Below, piece after piece: positions 52,803-60,453 of a stretch of DNA of 64,000 bases. The position numbers were made by a program, and so were the translations under genes. The DNA is from an uncultured Verrucomicrobia subdivision 3 bacterium. GTDB taxonomy: Bacteria > Verrucomicrobiota > Verrucomicrobiia > Limisphaerales > UBA11358. The notes beneath the pieces are model-generated. The model made no database searches. It was not told the origin of the DNA and worked only from the letters and a program-made list of their open reading frames with translations. The stretch is from assembly GCA_903875465.1 (NCBI GenBank), contig CAIQWB010000073.1, positions 16,373 through 80,372 on the forward strand, written 5' to 3'. The stretch's first letter is position 1; each line of letters starts with the position of its first letter.

Positions 52803-54896
52803 ATGGTGTCATTAGAAATGCCAACCCGGCTAATCCTCATTTTGACTTTAGGGTGGCTCGCTGGTCTTGGTTCCGGCGGGGCGGTCCACGCCCAACCCAC
52901 CACTGCGGTCTTGCCAAGGTTGTTGACCAACGCCACCCAGGTGCGGGCACTGGACATTACAGAATCCTCCCGCCATCTGCCCGTGCATTTGCGTGGCGTG
53001 GTGATCGGCGAGGCGGAGCCGGGCGGACGCGGCTTTACGCTGCAAGATGACACGGCCGGTGTTTACCTCACCGCTGATCCGGAGGTCGTGGCCCGGCTGC
53101 ATCCCGGGGATTTCCTGGAAGTGACCGGCCAAACCGATCCGGGCTGGTTTGCCCCTTCCGTGATCGTTACCGATTGGCAAAAACTGGGGAATAAACCCCT
53201 GCCCCAACCGCGCAAGGTTACCTATGAGGAGTTGCTGAGCGGCCGCTTTGAGGCCCAATGGGTTGAAATGACTGGCATTGTGCGGGTCTGCGACCCGGTG
53301 CTCACCGATACCCGAAAAACCCATGTTGAACTGGCCACGGGCGGCAGCCGCCTCATATTGCGCTGGAATGTCGTGCCACCAGCCACACCGTTGGTGGATG
53401 CGGAAGTTACGGTGCGGGGGGTGTGCTTCTATCTCGCCAACCGCAACCGCCAGCTCCTCAGCCCCATGCTGGCCATTCCCCATGAGGTGCCCCTGATCAT
53501 TGACACGCCAGTGCCGGCTGATCCTTTCGCGGAACCCCTGACCTCCCTGGGCAATCTGATGCGGTTTGACCGGGCTGGGTCATACGGGCATCGGGTGCAT
53601 GTGCGCGGGGTGGTAACCCGCCATCAACCAGACGCATTCATTAATATTCGGGACGGGGCGCTCGGCTTGCGCATTCAATCCGTGCAAAAAGCGGAGCTGC
53701 AACCGGGCGATGTCATTGAAGTACTGGGCTTTCCGCAGCAGGGCAATTACTCGCCTATTTTGGATGAGGCAATCTTTCGGAAAATCGCCAGTGGCCCCGC
53801 CCCGGAGCCGCTTTCGCTCCAGTCACTGGCGGACGTGGGCGGCCTGGATGGCAACTTGGTGACGATTGAGGGCGTGCTGGACAAGCAATATGCCGTCTCC
53901 TGGGCCAAGTTTTATGAATTTCACAATGAAAGCGGGATGAATTTTCAGGCCATGCTGCGCTTGAATGATCCGAAACTCCCGGCCCCCGAGCTGGCGGTGG
54001 GCGGTCGCTTTAAGCTGGCGGGGGTTTGCGCGGTGCAAAATCGAGTGATGGGCTTGAACAGCGGCTTATCCGAGCCCGGGGCGTTCCAAATCCTGCTGCG
54101 AACTCCCGGTGATCTGGTGCTACTCATTCCACCCCCGTGGGGGACGCGGCCGGCGGTCATTTATTCCTTCGCCCTACTGGCCGGGCTGGTGATCGCCGCC
54201 GCCGGCAGTGGTTTATGGCTGGCCCGCCGGCGGTTGCAGGCCCAGGAGGCCCGGCGGCTGGCGGCGGAGCGGGAGTTTGCCCTCGTGTTCGCGGAGCGCA
54301 ACCGCATGGCCCGGGAAATTCACGACACCCTCGCCCAGGGGTTGGGCGGCATCTCGATTCATTTGGAATGCATTAAAAACCGGCTGAAAGAACCAGCGCC
54401 CGAAATCAGCCGGCACTTGGAAATCACCCGGGAACTAGTCCGGCACAGCCTGGCCGATGCCCGCCATGCCATCTGGGACATGCGCTCGCAAGCCTTGCAG
54501 GAGGGCGATCTGGTCTCGGCCTTGAATAACAACCTCAACCAACTCACGGAAGGCTCGCCTCTGGTGGCGCGGCTCACCATCACGGGCCGGCCCCGCCGGA
54601 TTTCCCCGTTACTGGAAAATGACCTGCTCCATATCGGCCAGGAAGCCCTCTGCAATGCCGTCAAGCATGCCCAGGCCCACACCATTGAGCTCAACCTGGA
54701 TTTTGGCGAGACGGATATCCGCCTCTCCGTGAAGGATGATGGCTGCGGTTTTGTCGCGGGGGAAGCGCCGGCGCGCCACCGTAGCTTTGGACTGATCGGC
54801 ATGCGGGAACGGGTGCGCCAATGGCGCGGCCAGTTGCTGGTCGAAAGCCAGCCGGGCAGCGGCACCCATATTCTGGCCACGGTGCCCACCGCATGA
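52803..54896 (+). CDS. sensor histidine kinase (HisKA_3/NarX-type) with a large ~430-aa periplasmic domain
   Basis: Signal/TM LILILTLGWLAGLGSGGAVHA, second TM VIYSFALLAGLVIAAAGSGLWLA, H-box REIHDTLAQGL, and ATPase motifs EALCNAVKHA, DDGCGF, GLIGMRERV. Confidence 0.8.
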   Translation: MVSLEMPTRLILILTLGWLAGLGSGGAVHAQPTTAVLPRLLTNATQVRALDITESSRHLPVHLRGVVIGEAEPGGRGFTLQDDTAGVYLTADPEVVARLHPGDFLEVTGQTDPGWFAPSVIVTDWQKLGNKPLPQPRKVTYEELLSGRFEAQWVEMTGIVRVCDPVLTDTRKTHVELATGGSRLILRWNVVPPATPLVDAEVTVRGVCFYLANRNRQLLSPMLAIPHEVPLIIDTPVPADPFAEPLTSLGNLMRFDRAGSYGHRVHVRGVVTRHQPDAFINIRDGALGLRIQSVQKAELQPGDVIEVLGFPQQGNYSPILDEAIFRKIASGPAPEPLSLQSLADVGGLDGNLVTIEGVLDKQYAVSWAKFYEFHNESGMNFQAMLRLNDPKLPAPELAVGGRFKLAGVCAVQNRVMGLNSGLSEPGAFQILLRTPGDLVLLIPPPWGTRPAVIYSFALLAGLVIAAAGSGLWLARRRLQAQEARRLAAEREFALVFAERNRMAREIHDTLAQGLGGISIHLECIKNRLKEPAPEISRHLEITRELVRHSLADARHAIWDMRSQALQEGDLVSALNNNLNQLTEGSPLVARLTITGRPRRISPLLENDLLHIGQEALCNAVKHAQAHTIELNLDFGETDIRLSVKDDGCGFVAGEAPARHRSFGLIGMRERVRQWRGQLLVESQPGSGTHILATVPTA

Positions 54897-55522
54897 AAAC
54901 CAAAACCATCCGGGTCATGGTGGTGGATGACCATCCCGCGTTTCGCATCGGACTCACTGCCCTGATCGCCAGCCAGCCCGACCTGCTGGTGGTCGCCGAA
55001 ACGGGCAATGGACGCGAATCGGTGGAACTCTTCCGCCTCACGGCGCCGGATGTGGTGCTCATGGATTTGCGGCTGCCGGGGTTTAGCGGCGTTTCGGCCA
55101 TCACCGCCCTCCACCGGGAATTTCCGGCCTGCCGCACCCTGGTGGTCACCACCTATGATTGCGACGAGGATATTTACCTGGCCTGCCAGGCGGGGGCGCA
55201 AGCCTGCCTGTTGAAGGACAGCTCGGCCGAGGAAATCATTGGTACCATCCGCAAAGTATTTCAGGGGGAAAAGTGCCTGCCGGCGGGCCTGGCCGCCCGG
55301 CTGCAGGAACGGCGTCGCCGCGAGGAACTCACCAGCCGGGAAATGGATGTGTTGCGCTGCCTGGCGCGCGGCCGGAACAACCGGGAAATTGCCACGACCC
55401 TCTTCATCTCCGAGGACACGGTGAAAACCCACCTCAAAAATGTGTTCGCCAAGCTCGGGGTGGAGGACCGCACCGGGGCCGTGCTGGCCGCCGTCCGCCA
55501 GGGGATTGTCTATTTGGAGTGA
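54893..55522 (+). CDS. response regulator, NarL/FixJ (LuxR-type HTH) family
   Basis: ATGA overlap with the kinase stop. IRVMVVDDHPAFR...VVLMDLRLPG, and the C-terminal LTSREMDVLRCLARGRNNREIATTLFISEDTVKTHLKNVFAKLGV. Confidence 0.9.
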   Translation: MKTKTIRVMVVDDHPAFRIGLTALIASQPDLLVVAETGNGRESVELFRLTAPDVVLMDLRLPGFSGVSAITALHREFPACRTLVVTTYDCDEDIYLACQAGAQACLLKDSSAEEIIGTIRKVFQGEKCLPAGLAARLQERRRREELTSREMDVLRCLARGRNNREIATTLFISEDTVKTHLKNVFAKLGVEDRTGAVLAAVRQGIVYLE

Positions 55523-55525
55523 GGC

Positions 55526-56425
55526 TTATTTCGTGAGGGTCAGGCCGATCACCCCGGCGACGGCGATCAATCCGCCGGCCACCCCGCGTTTGGTGATGCG
55601 CTCGCCGTCCACCAGGCGGGTCAGGGGAATGACCAGCAGCGGCGAGGTGGCCACGATGGGTAGTACGATGCTGGTTTTTTCGGTCATCAAGGCCCATTGG
55701 AAGCAACTGACCCCGATGGACGGACCGGCCAGGGCATTGGCGACCAGCCACGGCCAGCCGGCGGACCAGTTGTTGGGCCGTTCGCCCTCCGCGCGGCGGG
55801 TGGCTTTTAAATACAGCCAGAGCAGCACGGTGATAAACAAGCCGCCCAGCATGCGTTGGTAGGCGGCATTAATGCCATCGCCCGCGCCGTGAAAGGTTTG
55901 ACCGGCGTCCTGGGCCACTTGGTAAGCTTTGCGGCTGATCACCGCCCCGCCCCCCTGCCCCAGCGCGGCGAGGCAACCAAAAAAAATCCCCGCCTTTAAG
56001 CCGTGGGTGGGTTCATCCCGCTTGCTGGGGAGCATCGCCACCCCAACCCCCGCCAGCACCACGAGGGCAAAACCCGATTGCACCGCCGTGGGCGCATGAT
56101 GCAACCAGGCCCACTCGATCAGGGTGGCCAGGGGCACCGCCAGGCATTGGACCATGACCATGGTCCGGCGCGCCCCGAGGTGCGCATAGGTTTGCAGCAT
56201 CGCCAGATCGCTCAGCCCAAAGCCCACGCAGCCACTCAGAAACAGCCAGGGAAACGCCACGCCATGGAGGCCAAAACCAAAGAGTTGCGACCACGTGCCC
56301 AGCAAAGTGGCAGCGAGGAGGAGGCGGAAGAAATTGGCCTGGGTGCCGCTGAAAAACAGGGGAAGGCGCCGGCCCGCAAGGGCGGAGCAGGAAAACAATA
56401 CGGTGGTTAATAACGCGGCAAACAT
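55526..56425 (-). CDS. EamA/DMT-superfamily transporter
   Basis: 299 aa with about 10 hydrophobic helices in two repeated halves. Typical DMT profile. Confidence 0.65.
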   Translation of the reverse strand: MFAALLTTVLFSCSALAGRRLPLFFSGTQANFFRLLLAATLLGTWSQLFGFGLHGVAFPWLFLSGCVGFGLSDLAMLQTYAHLGARRTMVMVQCLAVPLATLIEWAWLHHAPTAVQSGFALVVLAGVGVAMLPSKRDEPTHGLKAGIFFGCLAALGQGGGAVISRKAYQVAQDAGQTFHGAGDGINAAYQRMLGGLFITVLLWLYLKATRRAEGERPNNWSAGWPWLVANALAGPSIGVSCFQWALMTEKTSIVLPIVATSPLLVIPLTRLVDGERITKRGVAGGLIAVAGVIGLTLTK

Positions 56426-56653
56426 TCAACGGACTAGGTGCCGTGGCTGACTGCGGCCAGGGGGGGGCGACGCCTGGTGGACCGGTTGAGTGTTTTTCCG
56501 CATCAACCAACCTTACCAAGTTTCCCTCCGGCGTCAAATCTCCCGGTGGCCGGGCAGTGGTTTCGCCAGCCGTGGTCGCTTTATCCAGACTTGCGCAAAA
56601 GGCAAATGCGTGAAACCCTGTAGTGCGGCACCACACGTGCCGCAGGGAATCTC

Positions 56654-57997
56654 ATGTCAATCATGCAAAAGAATGTCACTGGTACGGAACCGCTGGTAAA
56701 TTATTTCAGCCGGGTGGAGTCGCTGGCCCAGCCGGCCTGGCAACTGGCCTTGCGCCAGGCCGGGCTGGCGCGCTTTGTGGAACTCGGCATTCCCACCCTC
56801 GCGCATGAGGACTGGCGCTTCACCAACCTGGCCCCGCTGACCAAGCTGCCGCTGGAGCCATGGACAGAAACTGCCGTCACCCCCGAAGTGGAGGCCTTGC
56901 TGGCCAGCCAAATGTTCACCAAACTGCCCGGCAGCCGCTTGGTGTTTATCAACGGCCAGTATTCCACCGCGTTATCCCACCTTGCCCCACTGCCTGCCGG
57001 GGTTCGCGTGAGCCATTTGGGGGCGGCGTTGACGAGTGATCCTGATTTTATTAAGGCCCAACTGGGGGCCAGCGCCCTGACCGAGAACAATCCGTTCACG
57101 GCCCTCAACCAGGCGTTTTTTCTGGATGGCGGGTTCATCCACGTGCCGGCGGGCGTGGCGGTGGCGGAACCGGTGCAATTCATCCACCTCACCACGGCGG
57201 GCAAGAGCGGGGCAACCATCCAACCGCGAAATTTGATCGTGGCCGGGGCCAACAGCAAACTCACGGTGATTGAGAGCTATCTGGCGGTGAAAAATGCCGC
57301 GTATTTCACCAATACAGTGACGGAATTGGTGGCTGGAGAGAATGCCACCGTCGAATTTGTGAAGTACCAAGGGGAGGCGGCCGATGCCTTCCATATTGGC
57401 ATGATCGGCGCGCATTTGGGCCGGGCCAGCAATGTCCGCATCCATTCCTTCGCGCTGGGGGCCAAGTTATCCCGCACGAACATTCGCACCAACCTGGCGG
57501 GCGAGGGGCTGGAATGCGTGCTTAACGGACTGTACCTCACCGGCGGGGAGCAACTGGCGGATCATCACATGATCGTGGAGCATGCCCAGCCTCATTGCGC
57601 GAGCCATGAATATTTCAACGGCATTTTGGATGACAAGTCCAGGGGAGTGTTTCACGGGCGCATTTTGGTCCGGGAAATTGCCCAGAAAACCGATGCGAAG
57701 CAGACCAACAAAAACCTGCTGCTCTCGGACGACGCCACGGCCGACACCAAGCCGCAGTTGGAAATTTACGCGGACGATGTGAAATGCACGCACGGGGCGA
57801 CCATTGGCCAGTTGAACCAGGAATCCATTTTTTACCTGCGCTCGCGCGGGATCGGCACGGAAACAGCCCGGCGCATGTTGATCCATGCCTTTGCCGGCGA
57901 AATCATTGAGCGGGTGCAATGCGATGCCGCGCGTGCGGAGTTGGACAAAGTGGTCTGGGACCGCCTGGAGGCCAACCATCATTTGGCGACGAACTAG
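56654..57997 (+). CDS. sufD: Fe-S cluster assembly protein SufD
   Basis: HEDWRFTNL near the N-terminus. Beta-helix core with NGILDDKSRGVFHGRILV...AQKTDAKQTNKNLLLSDDATADTKPQLEIYADDVKCTHGATIGQL..E..FYLRSRGI. Confidence 0.85.
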   Translation: MSIMQKNVTGTEPLVNYFSRVESLAQPAWQLALRQAGLARFVELGIPTLAHEDWRFTNLAPLTKLPLEPWTETAVTPEVEALLASQMFTKLPGSRLVFINGQYSTALSHLAPLPAGVRVSHLGAALTSDPDFIKAQLGASALTENNPFTALNQAFFLDGGFIHVPAGVAVAEPVQFIHLTTAGKSGATIQPRNLIVAGANSKLTVIESYLAVKNAAYFTNTVTELVAGENATVEFVKYQGEAADAFHIGMIGAHLGRASNVRIHSFALGAKLSRTNIRTNLAGEGLECVLNGLYLTGGEQLADHHMIVEHAQPHCASHEYFNGILDDKSRGVFHGRILVREIAQKTDAKQTNKNLLLSDDATADTKPQLEIYADDVKCTHGATIGQLNQESIFYLRSRGIGTETARRMLIHAFAGEIIERVQCDAARAELDKVVWDRLEANHHLATN

Positions 57998-58057
57998 GCC
58001 CGAGGCGCGGGGGCCAGGACCCTGGGCAGCGCGCCCGGAGCCGGGAGCAAAACGATC

Positions 58058-58513
58058 ATGTTTGAAGACTTAAACGACCTGTACCAACAGGTGATTTTGG
58101 ATCACTGCAAAAAGCCGCGAAATTTTCGCGAGATGACGCCGTGCAGTTGCTCGGCGCAGGGTCGCAACCCCCTGTGCGGCGACCAATTGCAGTTGTTTTT
58201 GGACATGGACGGCGACACGGTTCGCGACGCCAGTTTTGTCGGCTCCGGCTGTTGCATTTCCAAAGCCTCGGCCTCGCTGCTCACCGACTTTGCCAAAGGA
58301 AAGACCCGGGCCGACATTGAAACCATGTTTGCCTCGGTCCATGAAATGATCAAGACCGGCAAGGTGATCGGCGACGTGGGCAAGCTGGCGGTGTTTGCCG
58401 GCATTTATAAATATCCGGCGCGCGTGAAGTGCGCCATTCTATCCTGGCACGCCTTGATGTCTGCCTTAAAGGGCGGGGATCAGGAGGTGACCACTGAATC
58501 CGAACAAAATTGA
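58058..58513 (+). CDS. sufU: SUF system sulfur-transfer/scaffold protein SufU (NifU/IscU-like)
   Basis: LYQQVILDHCKKPRNF, NPLCGDQLQLFL, GSGCCISKASASLLT and YPARVKCAILSWHAL supply the three conserved Cys plus Asp ligands. Confidence 0.85.
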   Translation: MFEDLNDLYQQVILDHCKKPRNFREMTPCSCSAQGRNPLCGDQLQLFLDMDGDTVRDASFVGSGCCISKASASLLTDFAKGKTRADIETMFASVHEMIKTGKVIGDVGKLAVFAGIYKYPARVKCAILSWHALMSALKGGDQEVTTESEQN

Positions 58514-58556
58514 ATTTCTGGCAGTTCCGCCAAACTGAGCTACCTTGTAAACCGCT

Positions 58557-59105
58557 ATGCATAACAACGAATCCATCAATTTGGTCCGTGATGTCGAGGC
58601 CTATGTCGTGCCCATCGGCACGAAGGTGACCTTGCAAAAAGGCGAGACCGCCCACATCTCGCAGTCGCTCGGCGGCAGCTATACCGTGATCGTCAACGGG
58701 AACATGTTCCGGATCGACAGCCAGAATGCCGACGCCCTGGGCCTGGAAGTGGCGGCGAAACCCCAGGCCACCGGCGCGCCGGTGACCGCAGAGTCCTTGG
58801 AAAAGGAAATCTGGAACCAGCTCAAGACGTGCTACGACCCGGAAATTCCGGTGAATATCGTGGACCTCGGTCTGATTTATGACTGCCACCTGAGTGCGCT
58901 GGCGGAAAACAGCTACAAAGCCGAGGTCAAAATGACCCTCACCGCCCCGGGTTGCGGCATGGGTCCGGTGCTGGCACAGGACGTTCAAAGCAAGCTCATC
59001 TCGCTTGAAGGGGTGGATGATGTGAACGTGGAATTGGTCTGGGAACCCCAATGGAACCAGAGCATGATGACCGAGGCGGCGAAGCTGCAACTGGGGCTGC
59101 TTTAA
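58557..59105 (+). CDS. sufT: SufT-type Fe-S assembly protein (long form, C-terminal DUF59/MIP18 domain)
   Basis: C-terminal CYDPEIPVNIVDLGLIYD...MTLTAPGCGMG...VELVWEPQWNQSMMTEAAKLQLGL is the DUF59 pattern. The ~90-aa N-terminal extension matches long SufT proteins. Confidence 0.7.
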   Translation: MHNNESINLVRDVEAYVVPIGTKVTLQKGETAHISQSLGGSYTVIVNGNMFRIDSQNADALGLEVAAKPQATGAPVTAESLEKEIWNQLKTCYDPEIPVNIVDLGLIYDCHLSALAENSYKAEVKMTLTAPGCGMGPVLAQDVQSKLISLEGVDDVNVELVWEPQWNQSMMTEAAKLQLGLL

Positions 59106-59113
59106 GCGTGAAG

Positions 59114-59176
59114 AGTGACGGGTGGCGAGTGACAAGCAACGTCAATTGCCTGGCTCGTCACTGGTCACCCGTCACT
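59114..59176. promoter_or_regulatory. 63-nt imperfect inverted repeat (24-nt arms, 15-nt spacer) in the sufT-sufS intergenic region
   Basis: The left arm AGTGACGGGTGGCGAGTGACAAGC (59114-59137) compared with the reverse complement of the right arm (59153-59176), AGTGACGGGTGACCAGTGACGAGC, matches at 21 of 24 positions. The repeat ends 13 nt before the sufS ATG. Confidence 0.6.
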
Positions 59177-59189
59177 TTCCCAACTTTCC

Positions 59190-60428
59190 ATGAGTACTCC
59201 CCATCATCCCGACTGGTCCACGCTGCGTGAGGATTTTCCGATCCTGCACCAGCAGGTCCACGGCAAGCCCCTGGTGTATTTCGACAACGCGGCCACTTCG
59301 CAAAAACCGCGCTCCGTGATTCGCTCGCTCGTGCATTATTACGAGCACGACAATTCGAATGTCCACCGGGGCATCCATGAATTGAGCAACCGCGCCACTG
59401 CTGGTTTTGAGGCGGCGCGCGTGCGGACGGCCAAATTCATTAATGCGGCCAGTGCGGATGAAATCATTTTTACGCGCGGCACCACGGAAAGCATCAATCT
59501 CGTGGCGAATACCTGGGGCACGAAGCACCTCAAAACCGGTGACGTTATTTTGCTCACGGAACTGGAACACCACAGCAATCTGGTACCCTGGCAAATGCTG
59601 GCCAAACGCACCGGCGCGCGGCTGGTTTATGTGCCCGTGAACGGCGATGAAGGCCTGCTGGATCTGTCGCAATTGGACGCATTGCTCACACCCCAGGTAA
59701 AGCTGTTTGCCATGGTGCATATTTCCAATTCCATGGGCACGGTGAATCCCGTGGCGGAAATGTGCGCGCAAGCGCGCCAGCGGGGCATCACCACCCTGGT
59801 GGACGGCGCGCAGAGCGCGGGGCACCTGCCAGTGGATGTGCAGGCCATCGGCTGCGATTTCTTTGCCTTCTCGGGCCACAAAATTTGCGGGCCCACAGGC
59901 ATTGGCGTGTTGTGGGGTCGCACGGCGGTCCTGGAAGCCATGCCCCCGTGGCAGGGTGGTGGCGAGATGATTCTTTCCGTGGGCTACCACAAGACCGAAT
60001 ATAAACACGCGCCGCATCGCTTTGAAGCGGGCACACCGGACATTTCCGGCCCCATCGGGTTGCACGCAGCCATGGATTATTTGGATGCGATCGGCCGCGA
60101 AAACATCTGGCGCCATGACCAGGACCTGGCCACCTACGCTTACGAGCAACTGGCCGCGCTCGACGGCATCAGGCTGTTCGGCCCCCAGACGGGCCGCGCG
60201 GGCTTGGTGAGTTTCCTGCTCAACGATGTGCATGCGCACGATGTGGTGACCCTGGCCGACCAGGCCGGCGTGGCGCTGCGCGGCGGCCATCACTGCACCC
60301 AGCCGCTCATGCACAAACTCGGCGTGGAATCCACGGCCCGGGCGAGTTTTTACTTCTACAACACCCGCGCCGAGGTGGACCGCCTGGTGGCGGTGGTGAA
60401 GGAGATCCAGAAGTTTTTCCGCGGGTGA
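59190..60428 (+). CDS. sufS: cysteine desulfurase SufS (group II)
   Basis: FDNAATSQKP, HHSNLVPWQ, SGHKICGPTGIGVLWG (PLP lysine) and RGGHHCTQPL (catalytic Cys loop). Confidence 0.9.
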   Translation: MSTPHHPDWSTLREDFPILHQQVHGKPLVYFDNAATSQKPRSVIRSLVHYYEHDNSNVHRGIHELSNRATAGFEAARVRTAKFINAASADEIIFTRGTTESINLVANTWGTKHLKTGDVILLTELEHHSNLVPWQMLAKRTGARLVYVPVNGDEGLLDLSQLDALLTPQVKLFAMVHISNSMGTVNPVAEMCAQARQRGITTLVDGAQSAGHLPVDVQAIGCDFFAFSGHKICGPTGIGVLWGRTAVLEAMPPWQGGGEMILSVGYHKTEYKHAPHRFEAGTPDISGPIGLHAAMDYLDAIGRENIWRHDQDLATYAYEQLAALDGIRLFGPQTGRAGLVSFLLNDVHAHDVVTLADQAGVALRGGHHCTQPLMHKLGVESTARASFYFYNTRAEVDRLVAVVKEIQKFFRG

Positions 60429-60453
60429 TTCAGCGCTGGCCAGTGGGTGGCGG

